A program made the position numbers and the translations under genes. Positions 1 through 13,879 of a DNA stretch of 64,000 nucleotides are shown here, piece after piece. Position 1 is the first letter of the stretch. Each line of letters starts with the position of its first letter. The notes under the pieces are model-generated. The model was given only the letters and a program-made list of their open reading frames with translations. It had not been told where the DNA came from and did not search any database. Origin of the DNA: the human T2T-CHM13v2.0 reference genome, Homo sapiens; NCBI RefSeq assembly GCF_009914755.1, contig NC_060926.1; one strand, 5' to 3'.

Positions 1-304
1 AAAGACAAGAAATACTTCCTTCAGTAAAAAATAGATTTAAAGGGAGGGATTAGTTTTATTGAAACTATGACTGCTGCTTCTCATTGTCAGGGAAAGTAAT
101 ATCACTAGGAGTTACATGGAACAAATGCTTAAATAAATGATCGGGATAGATAGCTACTTACTCTGACTAATAGGAAATGAGTGACCTTTAAAATGACTCA
201 GATTCCCAAAAATCTCTGACTCCATTCTATAATCTGTGTTTTGTTCCATATAAAATTAAACAATAAATATAGTTAGGAGCAAAATTACAAATCTAAAAGA
301 GATG

Positions 305-468
305 AGGACTGGGAACCCGGGGACGAAAGTTCTACTCTTTTGTTCTTACTCACTTGGTTTGTGACCTTGAACAAATCACTATACCCTCCCGGGCTTCAGC
401 CCCATTACTTTCAACATGAAGGGGGTCTAAGGTCCCTCCAGCTTTAACACTTGGTGACACTATGATTC
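305..468 (+). mobile_element. MIR3-like SINE fragment
   Basis: gtgaccttgaacaaatcact core and tctaaggtccctccagctttaac...ctatgattc 3' end resemble the MIR/MIR3 consensus. Confidence 0.55.
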
Positions 469-657
469 CAGTTCATAGCTTCTTGCTCACAATATTTGAC
501 ACTTTGTTGACATACTGTCAGAAACTTTACACATTTTCCAAAAGCCATCACAGAGTATTATCAGGTCATTAATGTAGAGTTTTAAGAGGAAACTATAAAA
601 CGTCTTTCACTGGGTATTTGTTATAGCAACTACGTTTATACTATTGGATTCCTCCGT

Positions 658-720
658 GATGATAGATAGACAGATAGATAGATAGATGATAGATAGATAG
701 ATGGATAGATAGATAAAGAT
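658..720. repeat. Interrupted (GATA)n tetranucleotide microsatellite
   Basis: gatgatagatagacagatagatagatagatgatagatagatagatggatagatagataaagat seen directly. Confidence 0.95.
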
Positions 721-904
721 ATACTTCCAAAAGAAATCAAATATGTTAGGCTAATACACTATGAGTAATAAAGTTGTACTACAAGTATGTGTGACAAAAG
801 TATCTTCATGTAAATCTTCTGCTTATTCCTACTCAGCTAATGATATAGAGATAAAATGTATCTGAGCCCATTTGTGCTTACGAATGTAAAAAGTAATAAT
901 TTAT

Positions 905-1085
905 TTATTTGTGTGTGTATATATACACATCAGTGTATGTATACGCATATATGTAAATAGAAAAATTCTGGAAAAATTGCTAAAAGATGTATACATTATA
1001 ATGTTTTACTATATATACTTCTGTACCATTTCACTTTTCCACAATGAGCATGTAACTACTTAATTATAAATTAAAAAAGAAAACA
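905..1085 (+). mobile_element. Old L1M (L1ME/MC-type) 3' end fragment
   Basis: tatatacttctgta...acaatgagcatgtaactact followed by an A-rich tail, typical of old L1 3' termini. Confidence 0.45.
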
Positions 1086-1234
1086 GAAAATATAAACATT
1101 TCTAGCCTTATGCAAAGTTGTGTAAATTTCTTTTGTAGATTTCTGTGATTTATTTATTTTCCCTTCATAAATGGCATATACATGTAATATATATCTCTAT
1201 CTTTCACTAGCTGTGTCTGTATGTATAAATAAAT

Positions 1235-1360
1235 TAAATCCAGTATGTGTTGAGCACTAACTGTACCAGGCATTGGTCTAAGCACTTTAATTATGATATA
1301 CAACTCAGTACCCATGACACCCTTGAGTGGATTATTTTTACTACCAGATACAGATTGAGC
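1235..1360 (-). mobile_element. MIR fragment
   Basis: ttgagcactaactgtaccaggcattggtctaagcacttt resembles antisense MIR. Confidence 0.5.
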
Positions 1361-1384
1361 TGTGCTATTCAACACTTATTTTCT

Positions 1385-1569
1385 TTTTTTAAAATGTATT
1401 TATTAAACTTTAAATTCTGGGATACATGTGCAGAACGTGCAGGTTTGTTACATAGGTATACATGTGCCATGGTGGTTTGCTGCACTCATCAACCCATCAT
1501 CCAGGTTTTAAGCCCCATATGCATTAGGTATTTGTCCTAATGCTCTCCCTCACTTTGCCCCCCACCCCC
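1385..1569 (-). mobile_element. 5'-truncated L1PA 3' end with TSD
   Basis: ctgggatacatgtgcagaacgtgcaggtttgttacatagg... matches antisense L1PA 3'UTR; TSD tcaacac(t/c)tattttct at 1369-1384 and 1570-1585. Confidence 0.9.
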
Positions 1570-4009
1570 TCAACACCTATTTTCTAGTGTTTTCACTTCT
1601 TTTTTGTAAACAGGAGAACAAGCTATGCCTACGTTGGAAATTATTACAGTCAGAAGTTTACCCACCTCAGATGTGTCTGAAGACTTCCTTCCCTAGAGCA
1701 TTTAGCAATCCCTTTCATTCTTCTCCTGGGCATCATTAACATATTCCTTTTCTCTGACCAGCCTTAATCCATACCCTATCCATTCTTCCCATCAGACAGG
1801 CACTTTTTCATTCTAACATACTTGACTATATTTCAGATTGTGTGTCTTTGCCTGTGTGTATGCTATTATCAATCATTATGCTTTCCAAATTGGTGCTGAA
1901 GAGTGGTTTTGCCATTCCTTACACGAGTTTTAGTTTTAGTTTAAAACTCAAACACATCATAGGAATCATCATAAAAATAGATTTATACATGTATAAAAGA
2001 GAATCAGAATACTGATTAATTGTTTATGCTTTTCATATAAGTAATAAAGCCAGCAATTAAGAATTTCATTGATAGAATATGGTAGAATCCTTGTGCAAGC
2101 TGCTTAGCCCATATCCTGGCTCTGGACAGAAATGAACTTAAGCCTTCAGAAGACAATAGTCTGCCATTTTGCCTTATTCTCACAGAAAAATTATTTTATA
2201 GCACTTTAGTGAAGAAAGGAAGATGCATTATTTGACAGCTCTCCAAATCATAGCAAACGGGCTTAAATTTATTAATTGATTTTATCCATTTTGCTTTGAA
2301 AAAGTAAATAAGTAAAGTAGAATAAATGAGCCATATAGTTCCAGCCTGTTGAATACTTTAACCAAACTGGAAATTAATGAGGTGATTAAGGAAAAAAAAT
2401 AGTAGAAGGAGATAAAAATAAGAGGCCTTAAATACTTCATTTGGAAGAACACAATTGTAAATACTTTTTAGTCTATTGAATGAAAATAAGAGTGTTTTGT
2501 TCCAATCTACACTCCTCCCCCTGAGCACTGCCAGCTAGTAGGGTGGCAGTGACAGTCTTGGTGAGTGACAGTCTTGGTCCCCGAGTGGACCTTTCTGTGA
2601 CACCTTTCTCAGCAGGCCTCCGCCCACCAGTAGGCCTGCAGGACTTGCTCCTGCTGAGGAAGTCTCACACAGGTTTTCGCTCCCTTATCCTACTGTGGCC
2701 ATGCTGCGCTGGTGTGAAGGAAAATAAGCTAGAATAGCAAAGATACATCTCGCATGAACTACTAGGTCACAATTGAAGTGGCAGAGATGTCATTGTCAAT
2801 CAATAAAATTTTCCTGTCTTTGTAGCAAGTCTAACACGGTTAACTCAGACAATCATCCCCATAGCTGTACAAGACAATTAGGTCTAGAGATTCAAATCTA
2901 TGCAATTTGTAAATAATCCCAAGAATAGGCAGAAGGCTATAAAGCAGTGTTACCTGTCCTTCATATTCAAAAGCATTTTGACATTCAAAAGCTCTCATAC
3001 GGACACATGATAATTAAAGTTAAAAGATTACGGCAGCTGCATTTTAAAGAGTAATAATGTCACAATTAACATTAATTGTTAATTTTGTCTTAAAAATGAA
3101 ATAAAAAATAAATGTAAACTTTTTCCAAAAGGTAGTACCAAGAGTGTGTTTCATTGAAAATTATTCTAACCTTCCCCCATGCTGCAAGTCTCTCCACAAA
3201 ATAAAACATTTGCCAGTTAATGTGGACCTGATGTAACTGTTCTAGTCAGAAGGTCAAACATACTGAATCTGCTGCCAGAGCCAAGTTCAGATGAAATGTA
3301 TGAAAAACACAGAAAATCAAACCTTGCAGTGCGCTATAAATACTCATAAATACACTAAAATTTATAGTTCATTATGCTCCTGTTTTGTCCTTTCTGCCAA
3401 AGTCAAAAAGCTCACGGACCTTCATTTTAAAAGAAATTTACTGTACATTAGGAAGCAAGCCACATGGTGGTCCAAAACACTGCCAGTTCTCAGCAGGTCA
3501 AATAGGTGCTGATTGAGGATTTGAACTAGGTGCATCCTACGCAGTGCTACATATGAACATTGAATTTTGAGTGCAGGGCATGTGTATGTGTGTACTTTTA
3601 AATTGTTCTCTAAAGTCACTATTGTTTGAAGCTATCTCACCATTCAAATAAATGATAGAGAAATTGCCAGTAAGTTTTTCCAGTTTTCTAATATCATCAG
3701 CTATGTAAAAATATCCATTAAAAAGGAACTAGCATTTCTATGGCAATGAAGCACAGATGTTTTATGTGACTCTGGAACCATCAGGTAAAATCAATTTTTA
3801 AAAAGTACAAACCTAAATCATTTTTACTTTTAGCATATTTAAAAATTCAGATATGAACTGTTATTTTCTTTCAATATAGACCTGTTTATGAATTTATTTT
3901 TATTCAATTTTATTTAATGAATGCATTCTCTATCAAAAAAGTCTCAATATGAAACTGAAAATGTTTCAATTACATAGTATATTTGAAGAAATATAATAGC
4001 CATGTCATA

Positions 4010-4183
4010 TAGGGCTTTGCTACTCAATTGTGTGGTCTGGGCACCAGCAATATTGGCCTTGCTTGGGAGCTTATAAAAGTTTCAGAATTTCAAGCCCTTT
4101 TCCAGAGCTACTGAATAAGAATCTGCATTTTAACATGATTCTCCTGTGATTCTTGTGCACACTAAAGTTTGTGGAACATGGAT
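4010..4183. mobile_element. MER5A-like hAT-Charlie MITE
   Basis: ctactcaattgtgtggtc...gggagcttata...cagagctactgaataagaatctgcattttaaca...cactaaagtttg follows the MER5A layout. Confidence 0.75.
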
Positions 4184-5074
4184 ATAAAACAATAGCTTAA
4201 GCAGAAATCACATGGTACACCAAATGTTTTGTTAGCAGAAAAGCAAAATTCTGCTTAATATCCAGCTAATTACATTGGAGCAATTTAATTTCTCACTACA
4301 AAGTAATAAGGTTCATGCTATTCAGAATTATTTTGCAGGACACTGGTCAAAACGTTTTCTATATGATAGCCCACAGGATTTAATCCCCTCCCCCACCCCT
4401 GAAAAATACAACCTGATATTTTTTTCAAGAAAGTTGAGTTTTGTCTTAATTATGTAAATTAAATTCAGACATAAGTCATCAGTATTTGATAAGACCCACT
4501 GACCAGAAAGTTTGTAAATTTTCTTTCTAGTGATATTTAATCCCATTAATTTATCTAATTTTGTTTTATTTAATCTTTTTCTTTATAAATACAATATAGC
4601 AACATTAAAAAAATAAAACTGTAAAATAAAACATGTGACCTCATTTCTTAAAGAACTGTGATCCATGGATGTGAAGGACCTATCTTTCTCCAACAGGTAT
4701 TGGCTCTCCAGGTCAGGTTAGAAATCCATTGCCATGGCAATGTGCAGGACTGCCTAGGAGGCTACCTGAGCTTATATCTGGCCTTATACAACAAAGATCA
4801 TTAATCTCCAGGTCTCCCAATATGAATCTTTTGAAGAGCTATAAACACACCTACTGTGTTAGCCTTTCCAGAAATATTTTGAAAGAACGAATATCCACAG
4901 TGTTTTAGCCAGATCAAATGGAGCACAATCTGAAGTGAACCTGCCATCTAGAGTTTGCTCTCCTAGCCACTCATGAATATCCCACTTGAAAGCTCCAACA
5001 TCCCTTTCAAAAACCCTAGTTTTAAAAGTCAAGATTATCAGTTTATAAATATGTCACATATCACACTTGTCTAT

Positions 5075-5250
5075 CAAAGCTATTAATCTTTTGTGGGATC
5101 TATTTTATGGGCCATTGTGAAAATCTAACAAGTCTGAAATTTTTTTTCAGATAAATGCACAGGTACGTTTATCTCAAAAACTCTGTGTACAATGTCAAGG
5201 ACTTCATTGTCCTCCAAAAGTCTTATTCCAAAGAATCCAATGGAAGATAC
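5075..5250. mobile_element. Degraded MER103-like hAT MITE
   Basis: ttaatctttt...gaaaatcta...cagataaatgcaca... loosely follows recalled MER103C; a similar copy lies near 25745-25900. Confidence 0.35.
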
Positions 5251-6366
5251 CTTGCAACATGTGGTTCACCAAATGCTATGCAAGTCATCAAGCCCTACTA
5301 TACACTGAAATAGATTAGATATTTAACTTGTAAAATATCACTAGCAGACATACACACCTTGTTTCTTCTTTGCTAAGTATGCTTATTTTCAAAATTGTTC
5401 TTTTTCAGAGAATGTAAATTCTTAATGATAGGAATAGTTTAGGCTCAAAATTGTACATTCTTGAAAGGATTATGTATTATTTTATTAAAGCTCTCTTTTT
5501 AAATATTAACTAGGAACTCACGAGTTACTTTCATTTGAAAAAAAACTTTCCTCAAATTTCAGGATGGGGAAATGAGCTCCAAAAAAGGTTAATACTTTTA
5601 CATAAATAATAATGGAATAAAACAGTCTAATTAACAGCAACATCAGAGGAAAAATCCAACAACTCAAGAATATGCTAGACTTATAGCTCCTAGGAGGTAT
5701 AATGAAAGCATTCCATTTATGGATTCATTGCCATCAAGGTGGTGGGGAATGATAGTGGACTGGAATTAAGGCAACCTCTCTCATAGGCATGTTGATCCCA
5801 GACTTATTTTAAAATTCAACACTGATTTTATTTTTGTCAGCATGTATGTGTTCTTTGAAAATGCAGAGTTTTAAGCATCATGGAAACTGAGCATGCCACA
5901 TGAAACCCAGCAGTCATTAGTGGGTAAGATATATCACGTAAGGTACAAACTCCATTCCGACCTAACTTTTCACTATGTGTCCTCGAGCTATATCTTAGCT
6001 TAAAATGAAACATGAACATAAGCCAATTCTACAGCACTGAAGCCACAAATCCAAGACAGAATGTCTGAAACCCATTTCAAACCAGAGTTTCTGATATGTT
6101 TTAACTAGTAAATGATGAACAATATGGGTTACAGGAGGGTAATCTGTAAAGGATTTGCCATAAGCATACATTATTGAACAGCATCTGTTTATTCTATATT
6201 TTCCAGAATTTTTAAGATAACATTTTATTAAATTCAACATTGCAACAAATCTGACAAAGAAGCTATTTTAATCTTAGAGTACATTAACCAGTACTATAAC
6301 CAGAGTATGGCAGAGAGAATGCTGACCAAATTTTGGAGGTCCACCTCACACAAGTGAAGCATTTCA

Positions 6367-6595
<229 letters not shown>

Positions 6596-6610
6596 AAAAA
6601 CTGGAAAGAA

Positions 6611-6845
6611 ACTGTGTAGCAACCAGAATAGTGAAAGAATTTAAAACTTTGAGGCTGGAGAGAAACCCAAACTGTGTCTTCAAATATTTAAGGAATTTCC
6701 TCGTAGAATAGATATTAGATTATTTCTATGTGGATCTGGAAGAAAAAGCAAAAACCAATAGGTGGAAACTATAAAGACATATTAAAAATGAAATAGACTG
6801 CTTCATAGAGATTAATTTCCCATTAGTGAATTCAGGCAAGACAAA
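6611..6845 (+). mobile_element. L3/CR1 LINE 3' fragment
   Basis: ctgtgtcttcaaatatttaagg...attagattatttct...aaccaataggtggaaactata resembles L3/CR1. Confidence 0.45.
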
Positions 6846-6914
6846 CTTAGGACAGAGAACTAGATAAGAGGCCATAAATCCCCACATGTCAATTTATATT
6901 AGGTTTTTGTTGAC

Positions 6915-7370
6915 TAGACCCACTTTTTTTTTTGCTTATATATGTCAAGCAATACCTTAGTAAGGTACTCACTTATTTTATCCCTAATGGCATATTAATC
7001 AGGCAATGTCATAGATCTCTGGTTACTATTCCACCTCTGTGGTATCTATGGTCATTGTACACACCTCTTTTCTAAGGGTAAAGGCCATGATCTGGCCTCT
7101 CTACTCAGTAATCCCATTATTTTCATAAAAAACACCCAATCCCATCTCATTGTGGTACCCCCTACTGTTGTGCCTTGCCTACAAAGGACAGCTACATCTT
7201 AATTTTACAAGGATGGATGTTCTCTTGGCCTCATCTGAGAAATGCTTAAGGGAAGGTTGTAGGGGTCACACATAATAGATCCCCTCCAACATTCCCTACT
7301 TCCTAGGCCTACAGTATGCCAGGAATATGTCAAACTTATATCCTCATTGATTTTAGGATACTGTTAAGTC
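6915..7370 (-). mobile_element. ERVL-class internal (gag-region) fragment
   Basis: ttgcttatata...ttagtaagg...attttatccctaa...caatgtcatagatct...ctattc resembles antisense HERVL/ERVL internal sequence (recalled). Confidence 0.5.
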
Positions 7371-7716
7371 CAGGCTTTGTTTTTAATTGACAGCTATAAA
7401 TTGTATATACTTATGGTGTACAACATGATGTTGAGACTACTGGATCACATGGTAATTCTATTTTTAATTTTTGAGGAACCTCCATACCATTTTTATGCTG
7501 GTTGTACAAATTTACATTTCTACAAATAGTGCACAGAGGTACTTTTCTCCAAAACCTCACCAACAGCTGTCATCTTTTATCTTTCTGATGATAACCATCT
7601 TAACATGCATGAGGTAATATCTTATTGTGTTTTTAGTTTGTATTTCTCTGATGGTTAGCAATGGTGAGCATTTTTTTCATGTACTTATTGGCCATTTTTA
7701 TGTCTTATTTTAAGAA

Positions 7717-8000
7717 TGGTGGCACATACCTGTAATCCCAGCCCTTTGGGAGGCCAAAGGCGGGTAGATCACCTGAGGTCAGGAGTTCGAGACCAGCCTG
7801 ACTAACATGGTGAAACTCCATCTCTACGAAACACAGAAAATTAGCCAGGAGTGGTGGCGGGTGCCTGGAATCCCAGCTACTTCGGAGGCTGAGGCAGGAG
7901 AATCACTTGAAGCCAGGAGGCAGAGGTTTCAGTAAGCCGATATCACACCACTGCACTCCAGCCTGGGCAACAGGAGTGAAACTCTGTCAAAAAAAAAAAA
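7717..8000 (+). mobile_element. AluS (Sx/Sq-like)
   Basis: Dimeric Alu, gatcacctgaggtcaggagttcgagaccagcctg, with A tail. Confidence 0.93.
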
Positions 8001-8029
8001 GAAAGAAAGAAAGAAAGAAATAAAAAGAA

Positions 8030-8101
<72 letters not shown>

Positions 8102-8105
8102 GAAA
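8001..8105. repeat. (GAAA)n microsatellite derived from the Alu tail
   Basis: About 17 uninterrupted GAAA units at 8032-8100, with more upstream. Confidence 0.97.
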
Positions 8106-10136
8106 AGCAAAATGTCTATTCCGGTCTATTGCCTATTTTTTGAATTTGGATTTTGGTTTTCTTGCTATTGAGTTGTTTGAGTTCCTTATATATTTTGAGT
8201 AATAACTCCTTATCAGATGTATGCTTTGCAAATAAATTTTCCCATTCCATGCATCATGTCTTCGTTTTGGTAATTATTTCCTTTGCTGTGCAGAAGCTTT
8301 GTAGTTTGATGTTATCCTGTTTGTTTTTGCTTTTGTTGTCTGTGCTTTTGGGGTCATATCTCAAAAAATCACTGCCCAGACCATTGTCATGAAGATTTTC
8401 CCCTATGCTTTATTCTAGTATTTTTACCATTTCAGGTTTTACATGTAAGTCTTTAATCCATTTTGATTTGATTTTTGCAACTGATATAAGTATCTGATTT
8501 CATTCTTCTACATGTGGATATCGTTCTCCCAACAGCAGTTACTGAGGAGAAAATCTTTGTCCTATTGTGCGTCGTTTTGCATCTTTGTCTAAAATCAATT
8601 GATTGTAAATTCCTGGATTTATTACTAGGATTTCTATACTAAACCATTGGTCTATGTGTTTTTTTCATGCCAGAACCGTGTTGTTTTGACTACTATAGCT
8701 TTGTAGTAGTATGATGCCTTTAGTCTTGTTCTTTTTCTCAAGATTGCTTGTCTATTTGGCAACCATTTGTTCTATATGAATGTAGGATTGTTTTTTCTAT
8801 CTCAGTGAAAACGTCATTGGAATTTTGATAGGGATTGCACTTAATCTACAGATCACCTTAATATGGATGCTTTGGGTAGTATGGACTTTCGGTAGACGGA
8901 TATAACAATATTAATTTTTCCAATTAATGAACACTGTATTTATTTATGTCTTCTTCCATCAATGTTTTATAGTTTTCAATGCACAGATCTTTCACCTTGG
9001 TTAAATTTACTCCTAAGTATTTTTGGTATCTATTGTAAATAGAATTTTGTTTTAAAAAATTCTTTTTTGGATAGTTCATTGTTAGTGTACAGGAACACTA
9101 TTTATTTTTACATGTTAATTTTGTATCCTGCAACTTTATTAAATTTATTTATTAGTTCTAACAGTTTTTGTGGAGCTTTTAAGGTTGCCTATACATAAGA
9201 GTATGTCATCTGCAAACAAGGGCAGTTTAACTTCTTCCTTTACAATTTGGATGCTTTCTTGTTCTTGAATAATTACTCTGTATAACTCCAGTACTATGTC
9301 GAATAGAAGTGACATGGCAGGAGAGGACATCTTTGCCTTATTCTTCATCTGACAGAAAAAGCATTCAACTTTTCACCACAGCATATGATGCCAGCTTGGA
9401 CTTGTAATATATGGCCTTTATTGTGTTAAGATACATTCCTTCTAGATTTAATTTGTTGATAGTTTTTTATGAAGAAGAAATGTTTAATTTCGTCAAATGC
9501 TTTTTCTGCATCTACTGAGATGATCATATGATGTTTGTCCTTTATTCTGTTAATGTGTCATATTTATTGATTTGCATATGTTGAACTATGTTTTTTTTCA
9601 TCCTAGAAACAAATCTCACTTAATCATGGTGAATGATCCTTTTAATATTCTGTTGATTTTAGTTTACTAATGTTTTGTTGAGGATTTTTGCATCTATGTT
9701 CACCAGGGTTATTGGCATGTAATTTTCTTTTCCTGTAGTGTTTTCTCTAGCTTTGGTATGGAGGAAATGCTGGCCTTGTAAAATGAATTCAGAGATATTC
9801 CTTTATCTTCAGTTTTTTAAAAAAGTTTGAGAAACACTCCACAAAAATTAACTCAAAATGGATTATAAACCTAAATGTAAAACACAAAATTATAAAATTC
9901 CTGGAAGATAACATGGGAGGAAATCTACATGACCCTGGGTATTGCAATGATATTTTAAATACAACCTCAATGGCATGATTCATGAATGGAAAAAATGATA
10001 AATTTGATTTAATTAAAATACAAAACTTCTTCTCTGTCAAAAACCCTGTCAAGAGAATAAAAAGACAAGCCACAGACTAGGAGAAAATATTTGTAAGAGA
10101 CATATCTAATAAAGCACTGTTGTCTAATGTATTCTA

Positions 10137-10475
<339 letters not shown>

Positions 10476-10946
10476 TCATCACAGAAGATATACAGACGGC
10501 AAATAAGCATATGAAAAGATCACAACATCATATGTCATTAGGTAATGATATAAAACATTAAACAATAATGAGATATTATTACATACCTATTAGAATAGTC
10601 AAAATTCAAGACATTGGCAACAGCAAATGCTGGTGAAAATAGGGAGCAACAGGCTCTCTCATTCATTACTGGTGGGAATGTAAAATGGTACAGCCACTTT
10701 GGAAGAGAGTTTGGGCAGTTTCTTACAAAACTAAACATATTATCACCATACAATCTAGCAACTGTGCTCCAAAAGAGTTGAAAAGTTATATCCACACAAA
10801 AAACTGCACGTGGATATTTATGGCAGCTTTATTTATAATTGCCAAGACTTGGAAGCACTTGAGATACCCTATAGTAGGTGTGCATGTAGATAAACTTTGT
10901 TACAGCCAGAAAATGTGCTATAATTCAGTGCTAAAAATAAATGAGT

Positions 10947-12674
10947 TATGACAAACCCACAGCCAAAATCATACCAAATGAGAAAAAGTTGGAAGCCTTT
11001 CCCCTAGGAATTAGAACAAGAAAAGGATATTTACTCTCTCCACTCTTATTCAGCATAGTACTAGAAGTATTAGCCTAAGCAATCAGGCAAGAGAAAGAAA
11101 TAAGACGAATACAAAGTGGAAAAGAAGAAGTCACATTATCTCTGTTTACTGATGACATGATCATATACCCAGAAAAACCCTAAAGATTCCTCCAAAAGAC
11201 TCTTAGACTTGACAAACAACTTAACTAAGGTTTCAGAATGCAAAATCAATGTACGAAAATCAGTAGCATTTTATAACTAAAGTAGCATGGTACTGATATA
11301 AAAATAAACATATAGATCAATGTAACAGAATAGAGAATGCATAAGTAAAGCCACATATCTACAACTAACTTATTTTCAACAAAGTTGACAAAAAAATAAA
11401 ATAAAATAATGGGAAAGGGCATCTTATTCAATAAGTGGTTCTGGGAAAATTGACTAGTTATATGCAGAATGAAACTGGGGACCTAGCTCTCAAAATATAT
11501 AAAGATTAACTCAAGATTGATTAAAGAGCTTAACTGGAAGACCTGAAACTGTATTAATCCTAGAAGAAAACATAGGAAATTCTTTTATGGACATTGGCTT
11601 AGGCAAAGAATTTATGACAAAGACCCCAAAAGCAAATGCAACAAAAACAATAATAGGGAAATAGGACTTAATTAAACTAAAAAGCTTCTGCATAGCAAAA
11701 GAAATAATTAACAGCATAAGCAGACAACATGCACAATGGGAGAAAATATTTGCAAATTTTGCATCCAACAAATGACTCATATCCAAAATCTACAAGGAAC
11801 TCAAACAACTCATGAGAGAAAACAAACAACCCCATTAAAAACTGGGCAAAAGATATGAACAGCCATTTCTCAAAAGAAGACACACAAACAGCCAACAAAC
11901 ACATGAAAAAATGCTCAACCTCACTAATGATCAGGGAAATTGAAATTAAAACCACAGTGAGATATCTTATACCAGGCAGAATGGTTATTATTAAAAAGTC
12001 AAAAACAGCAGATATTGGCAGGGATGCAGAGAAAAGGGGACACTTGTACACTGTTGGTGGGAATGTAAATTAGTTCAACCTCTATGGAAAGCAGTATGGA
12101 GATGTCTCAAAGAACTGAAAACAGAACTACCACTCTACCCAGCAATCCCACTGCTTGGCATGTACCCAAATGAAAATAAATCATTATATAAAAAAGACAC
12201 CTGTACACATATGTTTATTGCAGTGTTTTTCACAATACCAAAGTCATGGAACCAACCTAAGTGCCCATCGATGGTTGATTTTATAAAGAAAATGTGACAT
12301 ATAACACCATGGAATACTATATAACCATAAAAAGGAATATAATCATGTTCTTTGAAGTGATATTGGTGGAATTGGAAGCCATTATCCTAAGTGAACTAGC
12401 TCAGAAACAGAAAATCAAATACTGTGTGTTATCACTTACAAGTGGAAGGTAAACAATGAATACACATAAACACAAAGGTAGAAATAATAGACACTGGGGA
12501 TGCTAAAAGGAGAAAGGGTGGAAGCAGGGTGACAGTAAAAAAGTTACTTATTAGGTACAATGTTCATTATTTGGATGATATGTACACTGGAAGCCCCACT
12601 CCCACCCATTGAGCAATATACCCACCTAACAAACATGCACATGTACCCCCTTAATCTAAAACAAAATAATTTTA
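10947..12674 (+). mobile_element. L1PB/L1MA-type LINE nested in the older L1
   Basis: ORF2 sequence tatgacaaacccacagcc...; ORF 11855-12073 is L1 ORF2 C-terminal-like (HMKKCSTSL); approximate TSD aaaat(a)aatgag at both ends. Confidence 0.9.
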
Positions 12675-13400
12675 AAATAAAATGAGATATTAAGACATAG
12701 AGGAAACTTGGATGCATATTACTAGTGACAGAAGCCAATCTGAAAAGGCTACATAGTGTATGATTTTAACTACATGACACTCTAGAAAAGACAAAACTAT
12801 GGAGTCAGCGAAAATATCAGTGATTGCCAGGAGTTACGGTGGTAGAAGGCACAAATAGGCAGAGCACAGAGGATTTTTAAGGGTGCTCAGAATGCTTACT
12901 GATACAAGATTAGTCATTTTTCTAGTCTTCTGAGTGGAGAGACAGATGTGTGTTTGTGTGGGCTTATGTGTGTGTGTCAGTGTTTCTTAAGACATAAAGT
13001 CTACTTTTATTAATGACTTTAATTCAAAAGCAGGATTTTAACTTTTCTAATTGGGTTCCTTAAATATGTTTCCCTTTTAACCACAATGAAAATCCTGCCT
13101 CTTAATGATATAATTGTTCTTTTGCTATATTTCACAATATATACACAAGTATTTCAGGATAACTTTAACATTACAACTGAAGACATGGTCAAGAAAGATA
13201 ATTTAGTATTTTTTGCAGGCCTTTTTGCTGTTAGATATATACCATGCCAAAGATAGAAAGACAAATTAGTTTATTTTGTTTTATAATTTATAAACTATTT
13301 ACATTGTTCCAGAGTTATGTCTATAAATCTATGATATATTTACAAAGAAGTCCAGTCTCTACCACTGTCCCAGTCACTCTATTTCTTCCCCCACATGCAG

Positions 13401-13630
13401 GTGTGTGTATATATATATATATATAGACAAACATATATATATATAGCATATACACATATATAACATATATAGCATATAAACATATATATACACTTTAAAA
13501 ATGTTATCTTTTGTATACTCATTTTAATATAACTAAATATACTATATATGTGTGTGTATATATACATTTACCCATTTTTAAGTGGTAGCATGCTATATTC
13601 CTAACACATATACTTTATATTATATACGTA
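13401..13630. repeat. (TA)/(CA)-rich low-complexity tract
   Basis: Seen directly; embedded in degraded antisense L1M sequence (about 12890-13800). Confidence 0.85.
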
Positions 13631-13817
13631 TTTGCTATACACATACCATCTTGTTTATTTCTTCCAAATGGTGTTTTCATGCAACATCATATCCTGGAAA
13701 TTATATTCCATTTTTTTTATTCAGCTGCATAGTATGCTATTATTTATTCGATCAGTTTTCTATTGATGGACATATGTGTTATTTTTTAATCTTTTGCTGT
13801 TAAAATTAGTAAAGTAA

Positions 13818-13870
13818 CCCCACAAATAATACATCTACTATGTACCCACAACAATTAAAAATTAAAACAA
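13818..13870 (+). mobile_element. Very short L1 3' tail insertion
   Basis: catctactatgtacccacaacaattaaaaattaaaa is an L1PB/MA terminus, flanked by aaagtaa on both sides. Confidence 0.6.
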
Positions 13871-13879
13871 AGTAATTTT

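Larger units (their letters stand above)
7376..9832 (-). mobile_element. L1MA-type LINE (ORF2 3' part and 3' end), interrupted by an Alu
   Basis: ttttaattgaca...tggtgtacaacatgatg 3' end; the minus ORF at 9145-9348 translates to L1 RT-like IVLE...EEVKLPLFADDI. Confidence 0.9.

Noticed and set aside
6920-6940. T run suggesting a processed pseudogene tail
   Set aside because: The adjacent sequence resembles ERVL internal sequence, and I see no TSD or upstream poly(A) signal.
9780-9900. Switch in L1 orientation resembling a twin-priming inversion
   Set aside because: Each side has its own distinct 3' end, they look like different subfamilies, and I found no shared TSD.
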